From the NCBI GenBank assembly GCA_965649765.1, contig OZ287755.1:14942001-15006000 (forward strand): DNA of 64,000 bases. The letters are read 5' to 3'. The notes beneath the pieces were generated by a model that was given only the letters and a program-made list of their open reading frames with translations, searched no databases and was not told where the DNA came from. Shown here piece by piece: positions 37,075-49,400 of the stretch (position 1 is the first letter of the stretch; the number at the start of each line of letters is the position of its first letter). Source of the DNA: Bispira polyomma. Its lineage: Eukaryota. The position numbers and the translations under genes are program-made.

Positions 37075-37375
37075 TGCCTTGAACTGATCAAAAGAGGCAC
37101 TATTGACTATTTCACTGTTGAGGTTATTCCACACTGGTATTGTTCATAGGCAGAATGAAAATTTGTGGGTGTCACAGTTTGATTCAATAGTTCTATACTG
37201 CAGATTGTGTTTCTTTCTGGTGGAGGTGTATGGCCACTCCAGCTGCTCTTTTATGCCCACTGCTACTGTTCCATTTAAAATTTTGTAAAAGAAACCGAGA
37301 CTGGCTTCGGTTCTTCTCTGCTCTAATGTTGCCCAGCCGAGTTGTTGTAACATCTGTATTACACTGTGGCTTCAA
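37075..37375 (-). mobile_element. CR1-group LINE 3' ORF2 fragment
   Basis: MLQQLGWATLEQRR...LGFFYKILNG...KFSF...TIPVWNNL. Confidence 0.8.
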
Positions 37376-37479
37376 TCATAGTACTTGCAGACAAAACGTG
37401 CACTCATGCATTGTACCAATTCAACTGCCTTCATGTCTTTTTCTAAGAAGGAAATTCCACACACATAATGCATATTCCA

Positions 37480-38430
37480 GCTTTGAGCGAACCAAAGTGA
37501 CAAGTACTTTCAGTTACAATTGTATACTCACAATCAAAAGCAATGAAAAAAAAGGAACCAGACAAGTATGTGATAGAAGACACAGAAAGTGAAACAAAGG
37601 AAGACATTGATAAATTTAAAGAATACATATAAGTATGATCAGAATGGGAACACTTAAAAATGTAAAAGCAGAAGGTATCATTCTAAGAACAAATGCGCAT
37701 TGGATGAAAGAAGGGAGAAAAATACTGCATACTATATAAATTTCATTAACAACTTGATTCTAAAAGACAAATCAGAGGTAACTAATACAGAAATGATATT
37801 TGTAGGAGAGAAATTTTTAAAAAAGCATCCGATCACAATTACATTTGTAAAGATTTTTGAACACTGAAAATATTCCTCAGTTAACTTTTCCCAATCACAC
37901 TACTGGGCTATGAGATTACACCTTCAGAACAGGTCAAAAACCTAGGTGTCACTATTGACTGCTTCTTTCATTTCTTCCTCACATTAACAACATCCGCCGC
38001 TCCTGCTACTATCACATTCGGTACCTCAAAAGGAGTAATTTTGATAAAGAGTTATGTGACAAGTCCTTAGGGATGAATGAAATAGAAAATGCTTAAGAGA
38101 AGTTAAAAAATGATAAATCACCATGCTTTGATGGATTTACTACAAATTCTACAAATTATTTTGGTCAGATCTAAGGGATTTATTACTATCTGAGGATCAG
38201 CCAAGGGGAGCTTTAAACCTAATGCCATATTAAAATAAGGATCAAAGATATCTACAAAACTCATGACCTGTTACAATCTTGAATAGAGACTGTAAAATAC
38301 TTATAAAGGCACAAGCAATAAATTGCAAATAGTCTTACCAAAACTAATAGTAAGTTACCAAGTAGGATATGTCAAAGACAGATATATAGAAGAAAATGTC
38401 AGAATTATAGAAGACATTATGACATACACA
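37480..38430 (+). mobile_element. Tx1/L1-clade LINE ORF2 fragment, degraded
   Basis: Peptides EGIILRTNAHWMKEG, KSPCFDGFTT..FYKLFW, QVGYVKDRYIEENVRIIEDIM. Confidence 0.8.
37885..38028 (+). mobile_element. L2-type RT C-terminal fragment embedded in the Tx1/L1 remnant
   Basis: EITPSEQVKNLGVTID and HINNIRRSCYYHIR. Confidence 0.75.
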
Positions 38431-39869
38431 TAATAAACACATAATATTGTGGTTTAATTATTGGGGAGTACCAAATAAAATTTTATTTGACAACAAGAAT
38501 CTTACTAATGAAACAAACCGAATAAACAGAAATTTAAATAAATTTTTTTTTTTTTTTTTTCTTTCTTGTCATTAAATTGGTACGCCTGGGCGTACTGGCG
38601 TTAATGGTAGCTACGCCCCTGGAAGTTCGCCCCATATTTTCATTTTTCTGCCTTTTTTCGCCCCGAATGTCCCGCCTTTAACATGTGGCCCATATTGCCG
38701 ATCGAACTTGAATGTGGAACCAACCCAATAGCCAAAGCAAGCGACCTCCATATGAAATTGGGTGATTCTAGGTCAAGGACATTTGTTGTAAATTATAATA
38801 GACTATTTTATTTTGTTTTGTTTTTTAAAGCCACTGTGACGGCAATCTGGTTTTTTAAGATTTTGGTAGAAAGACTTCTATCAACATGGTAAATATGATA
38901 ACTTATGATCATCATACGCCAAACAGTTTGGTTATAATTATTAGATAAAAGTGTCAGGAACAGATGAACGAACATTACACAATTCTAATATAATTAAATA
39001 GCAATGCATGTAAAAATGAATTACTAAACTATTTTTGGATATACAATGAGCGCCCATTGTCTCACATTAAGTTACCTTTAAAAAGTTCAAATTTAAATTA
39101 ATATACTAGATCACCTATGAGCATGCACGCATATAATAATAATAATAACTACAGAGAAAAATATGGGATTTTGGCAAATATCGCATGTCACACATTAAAA
39201 GGCAGTAGAGGCCACAATGCCCCCGTATAGTGCTTACATACTAACGACCGTCTCTTTCTATAAATACAACAACCACATGACGTCACTCTCTATTGGTATA
39301 ATCTGACGTCACAGTACTTTTAGAGATCTGGGAGAGTTAATTACATTTGCTTAGGCCAGCTTTGTTTAATACACATAATTAAACCAAATAAACTAATAAC
39401 AAATGTCCACTGTTTCATATCAATTTAATTTAATTCATTGGATATGGCGTGTCAATATTTAAGGTAGTTCTTCCTATCTTGAGAACAGCAAAGCATTGGG
39501 TTCATCTATAAGAGAAAACTAGTGCAAGGAACTGAAGGTGAATTTGGGGGATATAGATAGTTGGAGTCACTAAAACATACATCACAGAATACTTCCGGCA
39601 TTCAATAACGACCTCACATATAAAGCTTTAATCAAGGAACTCTGTGGTACTACCAATTGATTGTTGCGAAGAATTGAAAGGAAAATATTTCTTTGAGCTG
39701 ACGACCGCATGCTTGTTGACAGACATAGGTTCTGGGAATTAACACATTAGCTGCTATTTATTTTCACTTCTTAAAACATTATCCAAACTTGGAGCAGCTC
39801 AACCATTTTGAGAAGAGGTTGCACATGTTGAGATATATTCAGCAAGTCTAGATACCAAACAAAAGCTGA

Positions 39870-40125
39870 NNNNNNNNNNNNNNNNNNNNNNNNNNNNNNN
39901 NNNNNNNNNNNNNNNNNNNNNNNNNNNNNNNNNNNNNNNNNNNNNNNNNNNNNNNNNNNNNNNNNNNNNNNNNNNNNNNNNNNNNNNNNNNNNNNNNNNN
40001 NNNNNNNNNNNNNNNNNNNNNNNNNNNNNNNNNNNNNNNNNNNNNNNNNNNNNNNNNNNNNNNNNNNNNNNNNNNNNNNNNNNNNNNNNNNNNNNNNNNN
40101 NNNNNNNNNNNNNNNNNNNNNNNNN
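39870..40125. other. Assembly gap (N run)
   Basis: Run of N. Confidence 0.99.
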
Positions 40126-41189
40126 CCCCTCAGTTTCGGACGGGTCGAATACCTCCAACCAATCCATGATGAATGCCTTACATATATTTACATGTTTCGA
40201 ATGAAATCACATTAGTTGACTTGTTTTTTCAGATCAGACTTATTAGGGAAGATTTCAGTAATACTTGAAACAGTAGTGTTTAGTTTAATTAGAGCTAAAA
40301 AGAAATAACAACAGAACCAACACAGAGAATTATTAAATCATATTTGATGGGTATTTTTTATTGAGATACATTAGGGAGAGATAATTTAAGAAAACCATCA
40401 TTTTGTCATCTATCAAATCCTGGTGCCAATTACTCATGTGAAGAAAACGTGTCAGTTTTAAGATATGACATTATGTATAATGATAAAACAACGAAAGTGT
40501 GTGTTTTGCATTATCCGTCTTGAATACAGAAATAGATGAAATTGAAATGCAAGTTTTTAATATAGAATTTAGCTATTGTTTTGAATATATTACAAATAAC
40601 GATAAAATAAAATGCCTGTAAAATTTGAATTTAGTTAGGTTTTTAAGCTGTGGTCAACGGTCATGCAAGTATATATTGAATCACGCTGCATTCTTATATT
40701 TGTGTGTGGGTTTTTTTGTTTTGTTTTTTACATTAAAAAAAACCTGTTTTGCGTTAACTTTTTCATCACATATATTCCATGCGTGACGTACATATTCTAA
40801 CGTGAATCTGGTGGGACCGGGGCTTAAGCAAGTGTTTTAATAATAACAGTTCCACTTCTTCAATTTAGCAAGTAACTTTTACAAATACCATCCACCTAGG
40901 CTATATATATAGCCTTGTTAAGCTATGAAATAACCCTTACACCAATTATTCTTTCTACACATAGAGAGATGACGTCACAAGTAGCCCTGAACTATTTTTC
41001 ACATTTTGCAAAGCACTCACGCTAGTACAACTGTTTTGCTTTGCAGCATCACGAATCTGTTAGGTTTAATGTGATACCCCCCCCCCCCCCCCCCCTTGTC
41101 CTTGTCACTCGCTAATGGGGTATGACATCCTTGTTTCCTTAAGTGCCCCCTCTTTTACAATCTCTGTCTAGTTTGCACTGCTACATTCC

Positions 41190-41385
41190 TAGGTAGTGAC
41201 CTAGTGCTTACAGAGGTGTTGGATACACAATCACTGGCCTCTCAGCAGAGTATGTTTAAAGCCTGGCTCGTTCCTTCATTTTGGAATGTTTGTCAGGTAC
41301 TTGCCGTAGGCCGGTGGTTTACAGTAAATCTGGTTGTCGTGAGATGACCTAGTAAGCTGTTGAACGCGAGGTAAAACCTACTAAT
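41190..41385 (+). mobile_element. Old SINE (family 2)
   Basis: GGTAGTGACCTAGTG..CACAATCACTGGCCTCTCA..TTTGTCAGGTACTTGCCGTAGGCCGGTGGTTT..ATGACCTAG..GCTGTTGAA. Confidence 0.75.
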
Positions 41386-42825
41386 CACAGACCATATTCT
41401 TTATAAAAACTCAAACTCAGACTCAACTTATAAGAGAAATAATTCATCCAAACAACCAGGACTTGTGACCATTCCTTGAAACACGTTTTCACTGCTGAAT
41501 CTAAATATGCACTTAGATTTTATGTATCTTCCCTAACCCCAGAAAAAAAAGAGTACGAGAAAGCTTAAAAAAATTACCTCTTTAAACTTGCTTACCGCCC
41601 TTAGTTCTCCTTCCTGTACACCCCCACATCCTTGCTGATGACCTGGCTATGTTTTTGGACTTTTCCATTGATCAATTGACTCGGTTGTTAAGCTTTAAAA
41701 GATGCCTGTCTTAAAATGCCTAGTACAAATACAATACATAGATAAGCTTGGCATATTACTACTAAGTATAAGTAAATAGCTTTTTAACATTTGGTCTCCA
41801 CAATAAATCGATATCCCTGTGATCGCTAACTACATTGCTTACGTCACTTATCTATGCAAAATCAGCATTACAACCAAATAGACAGGAGCTTTAGGAGCAG
41901 CAAGGGAGGGAATGTGGGGTTTTTTTTGCCAATAAAAATAGAGCCCCATTACACTTTGGGTTATCCAGTAACCAATCATTATTTGAAGACTGTCTGTCGG
42001 TAATTAAATTTGTAATAAAAGAATAAGTTTTTAGAGATAAACAGGACAAAATTTGAAACCTTTATTGAAGGATGCTAGATATATAGCTACTGCTTAGCTA
42101 TTCAATGGACTGGCACTGGTAACTGCAATTTCATAACTAGGCCATGTGGGACAGATTACATCATATGAAGTCGTGCCTGCTAAACGTATTACTAACCCTT
42201 TCGATCCCTAGGTTTTTGTCCATTTTACTTTCCTCCAGTTTCTCCCAATATGAAATTGCTACTGCAGCAGATCCGCTGGTTTTAAATATGATACGTTGGG
42301 ACCGTTACTGAATGTCGAAAATAGCCCATGGGTTAGTGACTCCAGATAACTGTAGCCTATTGCTCAGGAAATCTCTTTCAGTTCCCTGCGATAGATTTCT
42401 CCTGGGGTCTAATTAAGAGACAAATAGTATCAACTAAAAACTACATTTCAAACTTTCATCAAGACACGCCGCAGTACAAAAAAATTAAATATAAAAACAA
42501 ATATTAGATCTGTCGTTTTACCCATTCATACGCCAAGATTTAATGGATACATCTTAGGTCTTTGCTTTTCCTGTCAGTTTCAGGTTATTTGGTTCAGCAA
42601 TACTTTGGCATTACCCTAGTGACAACTAAATAAAGCAATGAAATAAGACAAAAGCTCAATTTGTCTGGTATAGAGGTAAAACTATACCTTGAGTAACTTA
42701 TAGAGGAAAGAATATATAGATTTGTAGTAGAATATTAGTACTTATCAGCCTACCAAGTGTATTTTTCAGGGCTTTGTCAATAATGAGGGTCATATGTGTA
42801 CATTTTAATTATTATTTTTATCTAA

Positions 42826-43050
42826 CTGTGGTGGCCTAGTGTGTTAGAAGTGCTTGCTTCACAGTCACCGGCTTCTCAACAATGTGGGTTTAAATCCTGT
42901 CCATTCCTTTGTATGGAGAACGTTTGTCCGGGAACTGCCGCAGGCCAATGGTTTACATTGCTTCAGCACTGGTTTCGTCTGGCACTAAATCTGGCCATGT
43001 TGATATGACCAAACCTATTCAAAGCGACGTAAAATTCAACGAAATTCATA
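42826..43050 (+). mobile_element. Old SINE (family 2)
   Basis: GTGGTGGCCTAGTGTGTTAGAAGTGCTTGCTTCACAGTCAC..AAATCTGGCCATGTTGATATGACC..GACGTAAAATTC. Confidence 0.8.
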
Positions 43051-43700
43051 CTGAAATAAAATCTATGCAGCTGGGTAGCCTAATACCATCAAATACACAA
43101 GCATTATGTATTTCAACAACTGTTCATCCAAATCAATAATATTTTAATAATATTTTACCACATGCTATGAGCTTAGAAAAAGGCATCAACTGCTAAAACT
43201 GACTTTTCAGAAATAAGATTTGAATGCAAACATGACCTTTTTGCTATTCCATGCCATAAAACTGCAGTCATTGATCTGAATTTGAGTTTGCGCTTTAAGA
43301 CTTGTGTGATAGAAACAAAGTGACAGAAATCCCATAAGGACCCAATTAGTATTTACAAGGCGTCTCAGTTAGGGTTTTTCCAAGGCTTTAAGGCTAATAA
43401 GGCACCAGAATCGAGATAAAAAAAAACACCTCTTCTAATTTCTAATTTCTAAGTTTGTAGGAATTGCCTTTACGCTACAATATAACATTCCATTCCAAAG
43501 AGCTACCACAAAGAATATTTTGTACAGTAGAATCTGGTATGCAAATTTCAATTTATTTTTACTTAACTCAATGTTAAATTTTTGTCAGGTTTATACTTAA
43601 AAGAGCTATTCTACTTAGTGAACCTTTTTTTTTTTACCAAGTTCCCTTTCTCTCCAAGATGTGATAAAAATAGAGTTGTTTTTATTTTATTTATTTATTT

Positions 43701-43731
<31 letters not shown>

Positions 43732-44156
43732 GGTATACATTGTACTCAAAAACAAAATCAAAAACCCATGCCGAACCCAGCATAAACAGGGAATTTTACC
43801 ACGATTGGCGGTGTCGGACGATGAAGGCGAAGCATCCATAGTTGAAGACAAAGTCTCAGTCATTCTGTGCATCTTCACTGGTAAAATCCCTGGTTTAGAA
43901 TGGCTTATTACGATTCTAACAGGACAAAGTCAAATAAGTACCTAAATCCTACTGTATTTATTGCAATATTACATTTCTGAAAGAATTATCTTCCACTGGG
44001 CATTCACTTATATGCTAAATTTTAATCAGAATTTTGTACAAAATGGTGTCATGGTTATAATATGGATTGTTAACGTGATGATGTCAAACAAAGTGATACA
44101 ACCAGGCAAAACAACATACTGGTTTGGTTGAAGTAATATTAAAGGCCTCACATAAG

Positions 44157-44419
44157 TTTGTTTTTTAAAAATTTGAATGGGGATATTTAACATCCACTCT
44201 AGTACCTGTTTAGGTTATATTGCGATGGGTAGTTGGAAACGCTGGAGGAAACACTGCATACAGTTGATCAAGGTTCTGCACTGAAAGCAGCGGCACACCG
44301 TAAGGAACTACTACCTTTCCCACTTAGGCATCGACGGGATTCAAACTCACGCCAGCCAATCTCAGAGGTGAGAGACCAGTGATTGTGAAGCGCAATGCTT
44401 GCTAACCACTAGGCCACCA
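44157..44419 (-). mobile_element. Young SINE (family 1)
   Basis: Near full length; 11-bp TSD CCTCACATAAG (44146-44156, 44420-44430). Confidence 0.93.
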
Positions 44420-46235
44420 CCTCACATAAGAATTAAACTGTTTTACGGCTATATATCTGAAAGATTTAAAATTTAGTTTGGTTTTTACATCACTTTTAAA
44501 TGCTTACATCATATCAAGACGGCCAGATTCACTGGTGGAAGAAGCCACCGACCTATTGCAAATGCCTGACAAACTTTCCCACATGAAGTGACAAACGAGG
44601 TAATGATATATGATATACATATGCAATTTTTCCCCAAAAATCACAATTTTCTTATTTCTTTGAAATTGTTTTACCATTTTAAGTAAGACTAAACATTTGT
44701 AACCAACTAATCTTATAAGATGAACATGTGCTTTTAATGTACTTCTTCCATACAACAAGCAGCAAAAGTGCTGTGTTTTTTTGTTGATTCCACTAGCCAG
44801 TTACTGCTTTTGTGGGAGCACATCTTCTACTCTTTTTGTGATAATGGATTCTATATCTGCACAAGCAGCCCCTACAAGCTGCAAACACTTGATGCACACT
44901 TGTAAATCTGTACTTAACTGAATTTCCAATAAACTACAAATGACTATTCAACAACAACCATTTGGACTAAGTACTAAATACAAGCCATTTTGAATGCTGG
45001 GAAATCCTCCAGCTTGCCCACAATAAAGTGTGATAGATATGGTGAATACAGTTTCACTTAACATCATTGCCCTATCATGGCTAAATTCTCATATATTGGA
45101 GTTGTTAGTCCCTCGCTAATGCCTCAGTGGGATACAATTACAGGGCTAATGCATCATATATACAGGAACAAAAATATAGAAATTACCAATGGCTATATGC
45201 ATATATATATGTAATTGAAAATAGAAAATATGTATCTCAATTTGGTTAGTATATGAAGCAAATGAAGTATGTTCCATCAACACTTAAGCTGCCACTACTG
45301 GTAAACTTCTTAAATAACCACTTGCCTACTAAATGATAGTCGTGTCCAAGGCTCCAGTGTTTTAGCTATTTGCTCATTTACCTTAACAAAAAGACAGGCC
45401 CTTATAGGCTTGTATTTACAGATATATATATATGTGCCATTAAGAAGACAACTCCAAGATCCCAAGATAAAAGTATCCCTGGGAGGTAAAGGAAAATTTT
45501 CTGGTAATATGTTATACATATAGCTGGAGTCACTAAAAAGCATACTAAAGACTATATCCAGCATTCAACAATAATTATTATGCATTTTTAACACATTTTT
45601 TTGATGCTAGTCATCTTCTAAAGCGCAACAGCAGAATCAGTGATCCAATCGTGTAGTCCATAGACATAGCAAAGTTGAAGGAAAAATGTGGGGTTTTTAT
45701 AGGAAACTACGGTGAGTAGGCAATATTTAATTGATAGGTTTTAATGGCCTCACATATAATTTTTTTAACGGGCTATTCCGCTGTAATAGTAAATTCCTAT
45801 AGTCCTAATAAATATATATTTTCAGTTGACAAAATTGTTAAATGTTGTAAATTAGTTCCACATAAGACTTGCTGACAAACTTGAGCCTAAAGTCATGTAA
45901 ATTTCTTACCACTATTGTCTGGGGAGATAAATACTTTTTTACAAACTACAATGGCACGCTGTAGTCCACATACCCTTCAATGCATGTGACACAGTATGGA
46001 GTGTGACCAGAATTTGGTAAGAAACCCAAAACAGATCAATTTTTCTGGGTAATACTGTTAACAAATAACCAGACGAACATACAGACACAGACAGAAACTA
46101 TCCTTGTTTGGATTCATAAGATTTTGTCGATTTATAGGAATGCACCAAATTTAGTTTCATATTTATTATATTTACTCATCATAATAAACAATGTGTGTGT
46201 TTTTAAACAGATCTCGACAAACAACAGTTAATAGA

Positions 46236-46450
46236 GACTGTGGTAGCCTACTAGTTAGAAGCACCTACTTCACAATCACTGGCCTTGTGGGTTTGAATCC
46301 GGCTGGTTCTATCATGTCGGAAAGTTTGTCAAGTACTTGCCGTATGTCGGTGGTTCAGAGTGCTTGAGCATTGGCTTCCTCCACCATTTAATCTGGCCTT
46401 CATTATATGACCTGAGCTGTTAAAATTAATATAGAAACCAACTAAATTCT
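46236..46450 (+). mobile_element. Old SINE (family 2)
   Basis: Head GTGGTAGCCTA..CTTCACAATCACTGG, GGTTTGAATCC B box, GGCTTCCTCCACCA (V-domain-like), ATATGACCTGAGCTGTT tail. Confidence 0.8.
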
Positions 46451-49400
46451 AAGACAGTTCATCATCAAATTGGGGAGGGAACTTTAATTGATGATAACAT
46501 CTATCTCCCACTAAGGAAGCAGTTTATGGCACTATGTATGAAAGTGAAAAACTTTTGAAACTTGTCAAATTTAACTAATCTTTGTGTTGTTTGGATTGCT
46601 CCAAATTTGCAAGTAAGCAACATCAAAACCCTACCCTTAACTGAACATTTCTCATTTATCAAAACACAAGATTTGTTGATGACTTTTGCAGTAGCCATCA
46701 ATTTTCCTGTTAGTACTGGAACAACACTTACAGATTGTGAAAGAGCTGCAAGTTATTACCAATTATTTGCTATAATCCAGTGTGGGGTGGTGTACATGGT
46801 TTTAAATGGGGGAATTATGATGTACTAACAATTTCCTATTGCGTGTAACTGGATAGAAAGAATCAACCAATTACATTCATTTTTATAGATTCCCAAATGC
46901 ATCCAAGAAAATACAACCATCAATTAGAATATGTGTCAAAACTGCAGCCATTAATTAGGCTATCGTCATTATCCATTTTCCCCCAAAAATGTTTAGCTCC
47001 TCTTATTTATTACACTGATACATGAAAAACGTTTTCAATGAGTTGCGATGTGGAAAATTAGATGCTAACACTTCATCAAGGATTGTTGATTTTTATTAAA
47101 AACTGTCAATTTAAAAAAGTCCAGGAAATTGTGGGTTCATAGTGACTAATTAGGTTTAGTATATTCGTTGATTTATGTCACTAGATCATCAACACATCAT
47201 GTTTAACAATGACCATAAAACAGAACAAGAGCTGCCAGCCCCTATGGGCATATTAGTGACTATTTAAAAAATACAAGAAATGCAACTTTGTTGTGTAAGT
47301 TTAAGAGAATATTGCATGTGATTTTGAATGTAACATTGCTTAGAATAAAACAGCGTTCCTTTACCATGCATCTAATAGTACAGTAATGGCTCAGCATAAT
47401 AATTCAATGTGTGATCATTTTGTAATGTAGTGCAAAACACATTTTTTAATATTTCAAATATATTATTTAAACAGATGATGTTTTCTACATTCCTAAGCCT
47501 TTATCGAAAAGGTTACCAGAGATTTATTTGAGTTTTGTATATTAGCACGTTTAGTTTATCGGTGTCATTTAGTTTTTGTAAAAGGGGATTGTCATGTTCA
47601 TGTTTTTTTAACAGCTCTTTTCAGTATAATTGATACACAAGACATCTTAATTGTAAGTGAGGTGTTTTTTCATCTTCAATTTTATTAAGGTTATAAATTT
47701 TACGAAAACCAACATTCAATCTCCTCATTTTATTAGCCATATCCTCTCTTTTGTATCACAATATCTACCAGTTTAATTAGCTTTAAAACCTTTTCAGCTG
47801 CACACTACACTAACTATTGCTGAATAACAGCAATGCCAGAAAGCCGAGTTCAAACGTCTTTGAAGTTTGACCTTATTCTTTTTTTCAACCACTGGGTTAA
47901 AATCTGTGGCAGAATTTTATATAGAAAACCGGGTCCCAAAGAAATGTTTATCTTTTATTGTTCTACCATATTTAATGTCTTTTTTTTTAGCAACAGACTA
48001 TATGTTAAAACTACTTTGATTATTCTCCCAGAATTCAAAGCGGTCTCTGTAATAAGGATAATTTTGCCTGCGAAATGGGGCCGACATGAGAATGCCTTGA
48101 TTTTATGTTGTTTTGCTTTTAGTACTGAATTCCAATATGCAAACATGTTTGACATATCTTTATTCTTGACCTTAGTTTCAGCTGAGCATGAGATTTTTTT
48201 TAATAAGAACCCTTTGTATATAAAAATTAAAAAACTTCAATTAAATTTTCATATATATAAATTATACTTTAATTGAATTGAATTTAATATGTTATTCACG
48301 TCTCATATATTATATATGTCAAGACACATGATAAATTTAGCTTCCAATTTCATCGATCATGGGATTTTTTATCAAATGTTAGGTATAATTTATTTTATAT
48401 ATTACCATTTTATCTGGCCTGGTATAATATCTAACTATAGTGCTATTTAATTAAGCTATATCAGTACTGAGGTGCTACATTGGTCCACTTCTAGAGTACT
48501 ATACCAACACACGTGTTCGGCCTGTGTTTCATTTAGCCTTGCAATAAATAGCATAAAGTAGTGCTATTGGCTTACACAACGGTTGGTGAACATTAGAACT
48601 AAATATATATTTAACTGAAGTGTTAGCTTTCTTAACCTTTTCAGACTATATTATTAAACATTTGTTTAAGATCATACACACACACTAGCAACATGTACAA
48701 AGATGTTGCTACAGAGCCACTTTGGTGTGTTTTGTGATCTTACTTTTGATTTGTTGTGATGTCTTAGCTCTTTATATACAACCAGTACAAAGTATGTGAG
48801 AATATATATCAAGGAAAGCATTAATCCCTTTTTTGCAAATATGTATTTATTACCCATTAAGTATGTTTGCAAATGAAGTAATACTGTCAGCCCATGCCTG
48901 TATGTTGGTTTGTAAGTTTATTGGTTACAAGGATTACACACAAAATATTACCAAACCAATTCACATGAAATTTGCTGATGGGGAAGAGAAAGAATTAGGT
49001 AGATCTGGGTAAAAGGGCTGATTAAGGATTTCGTCACTTTTTGGGAACTGCTGTAACATCTTGAGTGTTATACCAGTTGCAAGCGTGTTACTTATTACAT
49101 TGTTTCTCTTAATCACCTTTGACAATATATTTTTGTAGCATATACCAAATATAATAATTTCATTCCCCCCAAAAACACATGATTTTGTCATTTATGTCTG
49201 CTTTTAGCAATTGTCGTTCACCAACATTTCTTATCAGTTCAATAAGACAATGAGACTATAAAATTAATTTTGTGATGTCTTTCACCCTTGTCACGGCCAT
49301 GTGTAAACAACAGAAATAGTTTGGCTTTGCTGTAATATACTAACAGTTTAGCTAAAGGAGAAACACCCAAAAGCTTGAATATTAAAAGCGCTGATATACA

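Noticed and set aside
47833-48276. 147-aa ORF
   Set aside because: F/I/L-rich composition typical of chance ORFs in AT-rich DNA; no motif.
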